A stretch of DNA of 64,000 nucleotides, taken from NCBI GenBank assembly GCA_035415815.1, contig DAOOGR010000001.1:990-64989 (forward strand), given 5' to 3'. Shown here in pieces: positions 1 to 8,655 of the stretch (its first letter is position 1; every line of letters begins with the position of its first letter). This stretch comes from Rectinema sp. (GTDB lineage Bacteria > Spirochaetota > Spirochaetia > Treponematales > Rectinemataceae). A program made the position numbers and the translations under genes. The notes under the pieces are model-generated. The model did no database searches and was not told the origin of the DNA. It saw only the letters and a program-made list of their open reading frames with translations.

Positions 1-277
1 TGAGGCGATCCAGGTCTTTGAGGTCTCTTATTATAGGCTCGATCTCTGGCGTCGAAGAGCCTATCATGGGTTCATTTTTCTCTATTAGAAGATTATAGAC
101 TTCTGCGCCTAGCTTTGCAGTGAGGGATTGCGCCTTATTTCTCAATTGTAGAATTTCGATTTTTAATTTACCCATTTCACCCCAAACTTGAGCCTGATCG
201 GCTGCTTTTTCCAAGAATTCTCTCGAGGCTTCAGCACTGTTTTCCATGAATTTCTTCAGCTTTTCCGAAAACTCCAT
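1..277 (-). CDS. hypothetical coiled-coil protein, N-terminal part only (gene runs off the left edge)
   Basis: Absent from the ORF track because it has no stop in the window. The reverse strand reads AAGGAG-6nt-ATG (ATG at 277..275), then MEFSEKLKKFMENSAEASREFLEKAADQAQVWGEMGKLKIEILQLRNKAQSL..., open to position 1. No family recognised. Confidence 0.4.
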   Translation of the reverse strand, partial: MEFSEKLKKFMENSAEASREFLEKAADQAQVWGEMGKLKIEILQLRNKAQSLTAKLGAEVYNLLIEKNEPMIGSSTPEIEPIIRDLKDLDRL

Positions 278-483
278 TTCAATCTCCTTTATATATGAGC
301 ATAATAAATAATTTCTCATCGATACAATAATCCCAGATAGACAAATTAGCAATATAATCGAGTATGCGAATAGCAAAATAGTGGGTATGTCGATCGCCCA
401 GTAGCCTAATTTCGCTAGGACATTGTTTAGCTTTTGCGGAGCAGGGTTAAATACATTATATTTAAGTAAAATAGGGGGTATAT

Positions 484-1401
484 GTGGTGTTGTGGATTTA
501 TATAATCTTTGCGGTTCTTTCCGCATGGTGGGTGGTTTTTATCATTATTGCTGCAGCGCGAAAGCAAAAACCTGTCTTTGTATTCCTCCTTGTGCTATTC
601 CTGGTATGGGCAATCCCAGAGATCGTATTGATGATAATTTCTCCTCCGGTAGCTACTATTCTGTTTATCGTACCTTTCATAATTCTAATTCAGATGATGC
701 GCGTCGTGCAGGAATATCAGAGAGGGGTCTTGTTTCGATTTGGTCGCTTGCAGAAAGTAATAGAGCCGGGCTTCAACCTCATATTGCCATTCGGTATCGA
801 TTCGCTTCGTAAGGTTGATATGCGTACTTTCACCATAGATGTTCCAAAGCAGGAAGTAATAACACGAGATAATGTGCCTGTAATTGTGGATGCTGTAGTA
901 TACTTCAATGTATTCGATCCCATGCTCGCCGTGGTAAAAATAGCGGATTATACAAAGAGTACTAGTCTCCTTGCTCAGACAATCCTGCGATCGGTGCTTG
1001 GTCAGCATGAGCTCGATGAAATGCTTTCTCAGAGGGCTCAACTTGGCCAAATACTTCAAAGGCTTTTGGATGAAGCGACGGATCCTTGGGGTATTAAAGT
1101 CTCAGCTGTCGAGATAAAGGCAGTGGAACTCGCGGAGACCATGAAGCGCGCCATGGCCAGGCAAGCCGAGGCTGAGCGAGAGAGAAGGGCAAAGATAATT
1201 GCCGCAGAAGGGGAACTTCAGGCTTCTGAGAAGCTCGCCCAAGCTGCCGATGTATTGGCACAATCTCCAGCAAGTTTGCAGCTCCGATACCTTCAGACGC
1301 TCACGGAAATTGCAGTGGAAAAGAATTCAACAATAGTATTTCCTCTACCGATGGACTTATTGAAGGTTATTTCTAAAGCAGCAGAAAAGAGTTCGGAATG
1401 A
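484..1401 (+). CDS. SPFH/band-7 (stomatin/HflK-C-like) membrane protein
   Basis: 305-aa ORF with two N-terminal hydrophobic helices and an SPFH core ([22 protein letters not shown]...), then a charged coiled-coil [23 protein letters not shown] start preceded by AGGGGG. Confidence 0.85.
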   Translation: MVLWIYIIFAVLSAWWVVFIIIAAARKQKPVFVFLLVLFLVWAIPEIVLMIISPPVATILFIVPFIILIQMMRVVQEYQRGVLFRFGRLQKVIEPGFNLILPFGIDSLRKVDMRTFTIDVPKQEVITRDNVPVIVDAVVYFNVFDPMLAVVKIADYTKSTSLLAQTILRSVLGQHELDEMLSQRAQLGQILQRLLDEATDPWGIKVSAVEIKAVELAETMKRAMARQAEAERERRAKIIAAEGELQASEKLAQAADVLAQSPASLQLRYLQTLTEIAVEKNSTIVFPLPMDLLKVISKAAEKSSE

Positions 1402-1865
1402 AGTGCCCCTATTGCGGAAGTCTTGAAGACAAGGTTATCGACTCTAGAACTTTAGCCAACGGAGAAGCCATAAGAAGGCGCAGAGAATGCATTTCCTGTG
1501 GGCTTCGTTTTACCAGTTATGAACGCATTGAAGAAAAACCTCTCCTTGTCATAAAAAGAGACGGTAGACGGGAGCCATTCGAAAGACAAAAGATCGAGCG
1601 AGGCCTTGTCCGCGCTCTAGAGAAAAGACCAATTTCCCAGATGTCTATCGAGAATCTTGTAAATGAGATAGAAGACGAGGCTGCAGAACATGCCAAAGCC
1701 TCTAATGAGATCTCGAGCGAAGAATTGGGCCGAATGGTTTTGCAAAAACTCTACTCGCTAGACAAAGTTGCATATATCCGTTTTGCATCAGTGTATAGAA
1801 AATATGACACCCTCGATGAATTCATTGACGAAATAGAACGCCTAGAAAATGGACAGACTTGCTAG
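1398..1865 (+). CDS. nrdR: transcriptional repressor NrdR
   Basis: MKCPYCGS...[16 protein letters not shown] zinc ribbon followed by an ATP-cone. 155 aa. ATGA overlap with the upstream gene. Confidence 0.93.
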   Translation: MKCPYCGSLEDKVIDSRTLANGEAIRRRRECISCGLRFTSYERIEEKPLLVIKRDGRREPFERQKIERGLVRALEKRPISQMSIENLVNEIEDEAAEHAKASNEISSEELGRMVLQKLYSLDKVAYIRFASVYRKYDTLDEFIDEIERLENGQTC

Positions 1866-1889
1866 CAGATAGAAGAGCATTGCTATTCA

Positions 1890-3986
1890 TTACTCTTCTT
1901 CCGCTTCCTGAGTCTTGAAGGCTTGCGCAGCCTTTATGACATCTTCTGCGATCTTTCCAGAGATAGGCGCATAATGCGAAAATTCTACTTCGAAAGAACC
2001 TGTTCCAGAGGTCATGGAGCGTAGATCGATTGCATAGCGCAAAAGCTCTGCTTGTGGAACCTGCGCATCTATCTGAACAATACCACCGCCTATGGGGTTT
2101 TGGCCGGATATTTTTCCACGGCGCCCCGATAGATCGGACATTACATCGCCAAGGTATTTATCTTCTACAAAGACAGAGAGATTCATGATTGGTTCAAGCA
2201 AAACTGGGCTTGCTTGCTTCATGGCTTCACGGAAAGCCCCTCGAGCTGCAAGCTTGAATGCCATTTCAGAGGAATCGACAGGATGCTCCTTTCCATCGAT
2301 GATTGCTGTTTTAGTATCTACTACGGGATATCCAGCTAGCACGCCGGCTTCCATCGCTTGATGGATGCCCTTTTCTATGCCTGGCATGAAGCCTTTGGAT
2401 ACTGCACCACCAAAAATCCTATTTTCGAATTCATAGTCCTTTCCTCGTTCCAACGGTTCGATTTCAAATACAACTCGAGCGTATTGACCATGCCCTCCTG
2501 TTTGTTTCTTATGAGTGTATTCTGCAGTTGCCTTCTTGGTTATTGTTTCTCTATAAGCTACGCGAGGAATTCTGGTTTCTGCCGCGATCTTTGATTGGGA
2601 TTTTATTTTATCAAGGATCATGTTGATTTGCTGTTCGCCCATACCAGCTATTACTGTCTCTTTTGTCTCAGGATTGTAGCTCACACGGAAAGTGAGATCT
2701 TCTTCTGCAGCCCTATTTAGCAACTCGTTGAGTTTATCTTCTTCTTTTTTGTTAACTGCTGAAATCGCCAACATATGGACAGGAGAGGGTAGCTGCAGCG
2801 GTGCATAGGAGATTGGTTTATCGAATTGACTGATCGTATCATTTGTCTTTAACGAGGAAATCTTAGCAAGAACACCGATATCGCCCGCTGGGAGAGAAGA
2901 TATTTCCTCGAGTTTTTTCCCTTGCATAGTAAAGAGCTTTCCAATGCGCTCTTTGTGCAGATCGCGGCTCACTACCATGTCCATATCGGAAAGAATAGTT
3001 CCCGTTATAGCTTTGATATAAGAGAGTCGACCAGAAAATTGGTCAATCTGGGTTTTAAATACAAAAGCCGATGCAGGCTTCGAAGGATCGATAGACATTT
3101 CTAGATCGTTGCCATCTTGATCCTTAGCCTTTTCTGGTGCACGAGCAAATGGGGATGGTGCGCTCTGCATAATAAAATCAATGAGAGCCGCGGTTCCGCT
3201 GTTTGCAAACCCAGATCCGGCAAAGGCTGGAATAATCTTGCCTTCGGCAAGGGCTTCCTTAAGACCAAGCAGAGTTTCTTCTTGAGTAAGTTCGCCTTCG
3301 ATAAGGTACTTTTCCATGAGTTCATCGTTTCCTTCTGCTGCCGCTTCAGAAAGAAGTGCACGGGCGGATTCCACCGATTCCGAATACTCTGCCGGAACTT
3401 CGCTGGCAACTTCCTTTTGATCATGAGAGCTAGGCCTCATATATGCCTTGTTATTGAGTACATCGATTATTCCCCTAAAAGAGGTCCCTTCTCCCATAGG
3501 AATTGTCACGGGAACAGGAGAGACCCGGAATTTCTCTTTGATGTCGGCAAGGGTATTCGAGAAGTTGGCTCTATCTTCATCGAGTCTGGTTACAAATATC
3601 ATTCTTGGTCTTTTTTGGCGCTCTAATATTCTCCAGAGTTTTACTGTCTCAATTTGCACACCAGATTTGCCATCTATCACGAGCAGAGCCGTCTCTGTAG
3701 AACGAATGGCTAAAATTGCTTCTCCAACAAAATCGCCAGCGCCAGGTGCATCTATGAAGTTGATCTTGCAGTCATCGGTATTGACGTGCGTAAGACTCGA
3801 GCGAACTGATATCTTGCGCGCAATCTCGTCTTCGCTATAATCGCTGACGGTTTTGCCCGAATCTACCGTTTCCGGTCTAGATATCATTCCGCCCTGAAAA
3901 AGAATGTGCTCAAGCAGAGTCGTTTTTCCTGTGCTACCATGTCCAATGATAGCGATGTTACGAATCTGTTCAGTGGTATAGGACAT
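1890..3986 (-). CDS. fusA: elongation factor G paralogue (stand-alone, outside an str operon)
   Basis: 698 aa. G1 motif IIGHGSTGKTT, DAPG, and EF-G domains II-V readable. GAGGAG SD upstream of the ATG. Confidence 0.9.
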   Translation of the reverse strand: MSYTTEQIRNIAIIGHGSTGKTTLLEHILFQGGMISRPETVDSGKTVSDYSEDEIARKISVRSSLTHVNTDDCKINFIDAPGAGDFVGEAILAIRSTETALLVIDGKSGVQIETVKLWRILERQKRPRMIFVTRLDEDRANFSNTLADIKEKFRVSPVPVTIPMGEGTSFRGIIDVLNNKAYMRPSSHDQKEVASEVPAEYSESVESARALLSEAAAEGNDELMEKYLIEGELTQEETLLGLKEALAEGKIIPAFAGSGFANSGTAALIDFIMQSAPSPFARAPEKAKDQDGNDLEMSIDPSKPASAFVFKTQIDQFSGRLSYIKAITGTILSDMDMVVSRDLHKERIGKLFTMQGKKLEEISSLPAGDIGVLAKISSLKTNDTISQFDKPISYAPLQLPSPVHMLAISAVNKKEEDKLNELLNRAAEEDLTFRVSYNPETKETVIAGMGEQQINMILDKIKSQSKIAAETRIPRVAYRETITKKATAEYTHKKQTGGHGQYARVVFEIEPLERGKDYEFENRIFGGAVSKGFMPGIEKGIHQAMEAGVLAGYPVVDTKTAIIDGKEHPVDSSEMAFKLAARGAFREAMKQASPVLLEPIMNLSVFVEDKYLGDVMSDLSGRRGKISGQNPIGGGIVQIDAQVPQAELLRYAIDLRSMTSGTGSFEVEFSHYAPISGKIAEDVIKAAQAFKTQEAEEE

Positions 3987-4047
3987 ACTAACTCCTCACA
4001 GGGTGGGATGGTTTATAATTTCCTCTTTTGTTTAAGGAAGACGAGCT

Positions 4048-4075
4048 ATTATAATTCAAAAGCCGCAGGTGTCAA
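4048..4075 (-). promoter_or_regulatory. sigma70-type promoter for the EF-G paralogue
   Basis: The reverse strand reads TTGACA (4075..4070), a 16-nt spacer, then TATAAT (4053..4048), about 60 nt upstream of the start codon. Confidence 0.55.
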
Positions 4076-4109
4076 CAGCAGCTTGGCAAATATATGATAT
4101 ATGTAGGAT

Positions 4110-4904
4110 TCACCTTTGTCCGGTGCTTGCAGGCATGAGTGCAATACAGTCGAATATAGTTCGTCCTCCCTGATAAGCAGTAGCACTTCGCCGGATTATG
4201 CGCCAAAGCCCATTCTGATATTTGCCATCAGTTTCAATCCTTTCGGTCAAGCCAGGAGTTGTCTCAATAAAATTCATGAGTTCGAGGTTTTGTGTTAGAG
4301 CGAATGGCTTAATGCCTACTCCTGCAATTATCGAGACCGGTTCGATTATAAGATTGGACAGCTCTGGTACAGGTTGAGTTGCCATAGCGGCTTTTGCTTG
4401 GAGACGAATCATTCTTGCTCTAGCGTCGGGTCCAGCAGTCTCCTTGCTTACTGATATTAAATCCAGTAGATAATTGCGAACATCATTCAATTCTTTTATT
4501 GTGGACAATTTATCTATTTCTGGTGAGGATTTGAGTACCTTGGCCAAAGTTGATATTTCTCGAAGATAGTGGTTTCGCTGATTAGAAGGAACCAGGTACA
4601 TCACAATTATAGAGACAGGTACTCCATCGGGAGCTCCATAATCGATACCTGTTGGGCTCCATCCCACTACGCACATCAAGTCTTCTTCGAATTCCACACG
4701 CGCATGAGGGCAAGCCCACCTTTTGCCAAGAGCGGTGTTCATCGATTTTTCCCTTGCCATCACATTGCCCACAATATCGGTTCCAGTGGGAATTTGCGGA
4801 AAGGCTTCGATTATATGAGCGAGAAACTGGAGCGCATGATCCTTATCATTTTCTGGAAGCTCAAAAAGCCTGCCTTCCTGGAGGGCGTCAAGTATAGAGT
4901 CCAT
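4110..4904 (-). CDS. PTS EIIA type-2 (EIIA-Ntr-like) domain protein with an uncharacterised C-terminal domain of about 110 aa
   Basis: The N-terminal 150 aa match the EIIA-2 pattern, including the phospho-His context LGKRWACPHARV and DGVPVSIIVMYLVP. The start ATG lies 2 nt after the mgtA stop, with GGAG inside the mgtA 3' end. Confidence 0.7.
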   Translation of the reverse strand: MDSILDALQEGRLFELPENDKDHALQFLAHIIEAFPQIPTGTDIVGNVMAREKSMNTALGKRWACPHARVEFEEDLMCVVGWSPTGIDYGAPDGVPVSIIVMYLVPSNQRNHYLREISTLAKVLKSSPEIDKLSTIKELNDVRNYLLDLISVSKETAGPDARARMIRLQAKAAMATQPVPELSNLIIEPVSIIAGVGIKPFALTQNLELMNFIETTPGLTERIETDGKYQNGLWRIIRRSATAYQGGRTIFDCIALMPASTGQR

Positions 4905-4906
4905 GG

Positions 4907-7561
4907 TTATGCTCCTTCAAAATGTTTAAAAAACCAGCATTTCACTTTATGTGTGATAATCGAATAGATCAGAAGAAATGCCACTATCCAAATCCAATAG
5001 ATGCCAGGGAGAGGGACAAGGCCGAGAATGCTTGCGATGGGAGAGTAGGGCAACCAGATTCCAATTCCCATAACCACCAGTGTTGCAAGAATCATAGGAG
5101 CCGAAGCCCTGCTTTGAAAGAAAGGGATGCGCTTAGTCCGAATTATGTGGACAATGAGAGTCTGTGTCAGTAGTGACTCGACAAACCAGCCTGTTTGAAA
5201 AAGGCTAGCCGCGGCATTCCGTTCTGCCAGTGAAAGGGCAGGGTTCAGGTAATTTTTTGCATTGAAGAAAAACCACATAAGCGCAAAAGTCGCATAATCG
5301 AAGATTGAGCTAATTGGTCCAATACACATCATAAATCGCTTTATATTGTCGATATCCCATCTGACTGGTTTTGCGACCAATTCTGGATCCACATTATCCA
5401 TAGGAATGCCAGTCTGGGAAATGTCATACAGTAGATTATTGGCAAGTATTTGAAGAGGCTTCATGGGGAGGAAGGGCAGAAGGAAGCTCGCCCCCAGCAT
5501 GCTGAACATATTGCCAAAATTCGAGCTAGATCCCATTCTTATGTATTTGATTATGTTAGAGAAGATACGCCTGCCTTCCATAATCCCTTCTTCTAGCACT
5601 AGAAGGCTCTTTTCCAGCAATACGATATCTGCTGCTTCCTTGGCAACATCTACCGCCGAATCGACCGATATTCCCACATCGGCTGCTTTGAGAGCAGTAG
5701 CATCGTTTATTCCGTCTCCCAAATATCCAACTATGTTTCCCTGTCGTCGCAATTCTTTGACTATCTCTTCTTTTTGGTTTGGAGTTAGTTTAACAAAAAC
5801 CTCGCACTTCCTTACTTTATCAGAGAATTCATCTTTATCGAGAGCTGCCAGCTCAGGGCCGGTAATCGATGAAGTGAAGGGGATCCCGACATCCTTGCAT
5901 ACTTTCTTAGTAACAAGACCGTTGTCGCCTGTTAGAACCTTTACTTCGACACCAGTCTTGGAAAGGAGTTCGATGGCTTTGGTTGCTGATTCTTTTGGAG
6001 GATCGATAAAGGCAATATAACCCAACAATATAAGCTGGCTTTCATCCTCGACAGTAAATGTAGTCTTTTGACGTGGAAACTCGCGGTAGGCTATGCCCAG
6101 AACCCTAAACCCTTCAGTATTCAATTTCTCTACATCCTCGAATAGGTCTGCCCGGATCATATCTATCAGAGGATATATTTCCTCATCGATCTGGTAATAA
6201 GAACAACAACTGTATATCTCTTCGACTGCCCCCTTGCAGATTAGGACGTTATCCCCTTCGTATTCTACGATTACCGACATTCGGCGGCGCTGAAAATCGA
6301 ATGGAAGTTCATCCACAAGTTGACATTCGTCGACATTAAGATCGACATGTTCAAGTACAGCTCTATCTAGGAGGTTTTTCAGGCCTGTCTGAAAGTAGCT
6401 ATTGAGATAGGCGTAGTTAAGGACCTCATCGCTCTTGTTTCCAATGATATCCACATGATGTTCGAGTACTACACGATCCTGTGTTAGAGTACCTGTCTTG
6501 TCAGTACATAGGATATTGATGGCGCCAAGATTCTGGATAGATGGCAATTTCTTTACTATGACTTTCTTCTTTGCCATCGCCAGAGCTCCCTTAGCAAGGT
6601 TCACTGTAACGATCATGGGGAGCATTTCAGGAGTAAGCCCTACTGCTACAGATAAAGCAAAGAGCAGCGCTTCTAGCCAATTTCCTTTGGTTACTCCAAC
6701 GATCAAGAATACTACGCTGACCATAATGAGCATGAGGCGAATCATTAGCCACGTGAAGGAACGTATGCCTTTATCGAAACTGCTTTCCTCGCGACGCTCT
6801 ATGAGCTTTTTCGAAATAGTACCGAAAAGCGTATTGGTGCCTGTGGAAACGACTATGGCTCGGGCTGATCCGCTAGTAACGCTAGTGCCCATAAAGCAGG
6901 CATTAGGTAATTCGATCGCCGATCTTATAGTACCTGTTGGCAGAGCAGCGGATTTTTCTACAGGCATCGATTCTCCTGTCAAAGCCGATTCGCTTACAAA
7001 GAAGTCTTTTGCCCAAATGATTCTCACATCAGCTGGTACTATTGCTCCAGTTTGGAGCAGCACAATATCCCCAGGCACGACTTCAGACATTCTGATTTCA
7101 GTTTCGATGCCATTTCTGAGTACATAAGTGCGGGACTGGACACGCTTGCCTAGAGACTCGACTTCTCTATTGGAACGATTGTCCAGTATGTAAGAGAGCC
7201 CTACACTCAATAGGATCATTGCACCCACAACGGCTGCGGATTGCATTTCTCCAATTAAAGAAGAGATCGCCGCAATGACGAGAAGTTGGATGACAAGAGG
7301 GTTCTTGAAACGGTCTAGCATGTCCTCCCAGAAATTGAGTTTTTTCAGTTGTGCAATTTCATTTTTGCCAAACTCCGAAAGCCTTTTGTCGGCTTCCTTT
7401 TCGGAAAGGCCCTGAGGACCCGATTCGAGCGTCTCAAATACGCTCTGAAGCGGAGTCAAGCAGATAGAAATCAGCTTGTTCTCATTTGCGCTAGAGATAC
7501 TTCCATTCTTTGTTTCAGTCTTTTTCCTTATGGAGGGTAATATAAGTGGAAATTTAGTCAT
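4907..7561 (-). CDS. mgtA: magnesium-translocating P-type ATPase
   Basis: 884 aa. P-type motifs TGES, CTDKTGTLT and GDGINDATALKAADVGISV, with 10-TM topology. The overall layout is that of MgtA/MgtB. Confidence 0.9.
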   Translation of the reverse strand: MTKFPLILPSIRKKTETKNGSISSANENKLISICLTPLQSVFETLESGPQGLSEKEADKRLSEFGKNEIAQLKKLNFWEDMLDRFKNPLVIQLLVIAAISSLIGEMQSAAVVGAMILLSVGLSYILDNRSNREVESLGKRVQSRTYVLRNGIETEIRMSEVVPGDIVLLQTGAIVPADVRIIWAKDFFVSESALTGESMPVEKSAALPTGTIRSAIELPNACFMGTSVTSGSARAIVVSTGTNTLFGTISKKLIERREESSFDKGIRSFTWLMIRLMLIMVSVVFLIVGVTKGNWLEALLFALSVAVGLTPEMLPMIVTVNLAKGALAMAKKKVIVKKLPSIQNLGAINILCTDKTGTLTQDRVVLEHHVDIIGNKSDEVLNYAYLNSYFQTGLKNLLDRAVLEHVDLNVDECQLVDELPFDFQRRRMSVIVEYEGDNVLICKGAVEEIYSCCSYYQIDEEIYPLIDMIRADLFEDVEKLNTEGFRVLGIAYREFPRQKTTFTVEDESQLILLGYIAFIDPPKESATKAIELLSKTGVEVKVLTGDNGLVTKKVCKDVGIPFTSSITGPELAALDKDEFSDKVRKCEVFVKLTPNQKEEIVKELRRQGNIVGYLGDGINDATALKAADVGISVDSAVDVAKEAADIVLLEKSLLVLEEGIMEGRRIFSNIIKYIRMGSSSNFGNMFSMLGASFLLPFLPMKPLQILANNLLYDISQTGIPMDNVDPELVAKPVRWDIDNIKRFMMCIGPISSIFDYATFALMWFFFNAKNYLNPALSLAERNAAASLFQTGWFVESLLTQTLIVHIIRTKRIPFFQSRASAPMILATLVVMGIGIWLPYSPIASILGLVPLPGIYWIWIVAFLLIYSIITHKVKCWFFKHFEGA

Positions 7562-7563
7562 AG

Positions 7564-7608
7564 TTCACCTCACATTTCTGTCAATCTCTCCTGACAGAAG
7601 GAGGTGAA
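7564..7608 (-). promoter_or_regulatory. Shine-Dalgarno-sequestering hairpin in the mgtA 5' leader
   Basis: The mRNA reads UUCACCUC-C-UUCUGUCA-GGAGAGAU-UGACAGAA-AUGU-GAGGUGAA-CU-AUG. Two perfect 8-bp helices are stacked, and the 3' arm is the mgtA SD. Confidence 0.55.
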
Positions 7609-7630
7609 TGGCATAGGACAAAATGTAGCT

Positions 7631-7732
7631 CTATGCTTTTTCTATACCAGCTGCCAGGTGAGATGGTCGCGGGAATGGATCTTCGGGCTCGGTAAAGATG
7701 CAGTGACTATGACTGCCATCCGAGTCATTCAT
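7631..7732 (-). CDS. candidate 33-codon proline-rich leader peptide upstream of mgtA
   Basis: AAAGGAGG-7nt-ATG opens MNDSDGSHSHCIFTEPEDPFPRPSHLAAGIEKA. This is the in-frame C-terminal part of track ORF 7631..7867, whose own first ATG has no SD. Confidence 0.4.
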   Translation of the reverse strand: MNDSDGSHSHCIFTEPEDPFPRPSHLAAGIEKA

Positions 7733-7885
7733 GACACATCCTCCTTTTTGCTGGGATTTAATAGATTTAGAATTCGATTTACTATGCATCATTATATGGC
7801 TATAGTCAAGCCCTATATGAGAATTTGCAGCCCTTGATCTTTGGTGGGCTCTTAATATAGCGTCCATTTGGAGAATATGGATATC

Positions 7886-7915
7886 TTGACATCTAGCCTG
7901 TTTTTCAATTAGTTT
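7886..7915 (+). promoter_or_regulatory. possible promoter for tRNA-Pro/tRNA-Arg
   Basis: TTGACA (7886..7891), an 18-nt spacer, then the weak -10 TAGTTT, ending about 13 nt before the tRNA 5' end. Confidence 0.3.
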
Positions 7916-7928
7916 ACAACGCTGAAAC

Positions 7929-8001
7929 CGGGACGTAGCCTAGGGGCTAAGGCGTCTGCTTTGGGAGCAGAAGATCGGAGGTTCAAATCCTCTCGTCCCG
8001 A
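7929..8001 (+). tRNA. tRNA-Pro (anticodon UGG)
   Basis: Hand-folded cloverleaf: acceptor CGGGACG/CGTCCCG, anticodon stem TCTGC/GCAGA with loop TTTGGGA, T-arm GGAGG-TTCAAAT-CCTCT. No encoded CCA. Confidence 0.93.
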
Positions 8002-8076
8002 ATACTGCTTTTGGATGCGGCAAAAAAGCAGCCTCTTTAAGGCCTGTGCATTTTTTGCTTTTATTGCGCACTCAAT

Positions 8077-8150
8077 GGGATCATAGCTCAACTGGATAGA
8101 GCAACTGCCTTCTAAGCAGTAGGTCGCGCGTTCGAGTCGCGCTGGTCCCA
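8077..8150 (+). tRNA. tRNA-Arg (anticodon UCU)
   Basis: Acceptor GGGATCA/TGGTCCC, anticodon stem ACTGC/GCAGT with loop CTTCTAA, T-arm GCGCG-TTCGAGT-CGCGC. No encoded CCA. Confidence 0.93.
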
Positions 8151-8195
8151 TAAAATTTATTTAGCTTATATCAATTATAATCTATAAGTTAGGTA

Positions 8196-8267
8196 AGCGA
8201 CCGATGGGAGTCGAACCCACGTCTCCAGCTTGGAAGGCTGGGGTAATAGCCGTTATACGACGGTCGC
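8196..8267 (-). tRNA. tRNA-Gly (anticodon UCC)
   Basis: Reverse strand: acceptor GCGACCG/CGGTCGC, anticodon stem CCAGC/GCTGG with loop CTTCCAA, T-arm GTGGG-TTCGACT-CCCAT, discriminator U. Confidence 0.93.
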
Positions 8268-8356
8268 AATCAATTTGTGCCTCTTTCCGCAAGCAAAGGC
8301 AAAGCTTTCTAAGTGTCCTATTGTTTTTGCCTGCTTGTAGCTTCTCGACTTGGGCG

Positions 8357-8385
8357 ATTTAAGCGCACGATGCCTTGCTTGTCAA
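8357..8385 (-). promoter_or_regulatory. candidate sigma70-type promoter for tRNA-Gly
   Basis: The reverse strand reads TTGACA (8385..8380), a 17-nt spacer, then TTAAAT (8362..8357), about 90 nt upstream of the tRNA 5' end. Confidence 0.45.
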
Positions 8386-8655
8386 GTAGGCCTAAGGTAC
8401 CCATCCGCCAGAGTGGCTTAGAAGCGCCCTTAAAAATGAATCATACCTAAATTGGCTCTTGCTCCAAACTGTCTTTCAGTATAAAATTGTGTCTAATTTG
8501 TAAGCATATTGCCGCAATATTTTATATTTTTTCGATATTGGGAAGAGGACGACTTATTTTTGCTGTTTTTCTGAGCTTATTTTTGTTCGATAATCATGCA
8601 CTAATGAGATGCGATCTTGTTTCCCAAGCATCGACTCAATGCAGAGGGAATTAAG

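Noticed and set aside
423-7127. Numerous 60-210-aa ORFs antisense to or out of frame within the SPFH, EF-G, EIIA and mgtA genes. Examples are 685..1059, 3117..3626, 4569..4967, 5463..6020 and 6498..7127.
   Set aside because: All are nested in longer ORFs with clear homology-type motifs, lack SDs and have skewed, low-complexity composition. The same applies to the comparable nested ORFs throughout the rest of the track, such as 10639..11109, 13754..14314, 39220..39744 and 31223..31672.
7631-7867. The full 78-aa ORF from the track as a real gene.
   Set aside because: Its first ATG (7867) has no SD and the N-terminal half is low-complexity and basic. Only the internal ATG at 7732 has a strong SD, so I report the 33-codon version instead.
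7562-7908. M-box (ykoK-type) magnesium riboswitch upstream of mgtA.
   Set aside because: I could not find the conserved M-box segments that I remember, such as the GGUGAGGCU 5' element and the GCUAAAGCUCUACG-like 3' element. The leader instead shows a uORF plus an SD-masking hairpin. A covariance-model scan would be decisive.
8005-8031. Hairpin CTGCTTTT-11nt-AAAAGCAG between tRNA-Pro and tRNA-Arg, considered as a terminator.
   Set aside because: It is not followed by a T-tract and lies between two co-oriented tRNAs. It is more likely just spacer structure removed during tRNA processing.
7909-8151. 80-aa ORF on the minus strand.
   Set aside because: It lies entirely antisense to tRNA-Pro and tRNA-Arg and the spacer between them, so it is an artefact.
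8351-8430. Imperfect helix of about 15 bp (GGGCG..AAGC..CAC / GTG..GCTT..CGCCC) in the 350-nt non-coding gap, considered as SRP/4.5S RNA or another small RNA.
   Set aside because: No GGAA-type tetraloop or AGCAGC/GUCAGG domain-IV motifs of SRP RNA are present. The helix encloses a consensus TTGACA-17-TTAAAT promoter pointing at tRNA-Gly, which explains the region better. A covariance-model scan could reopen this.
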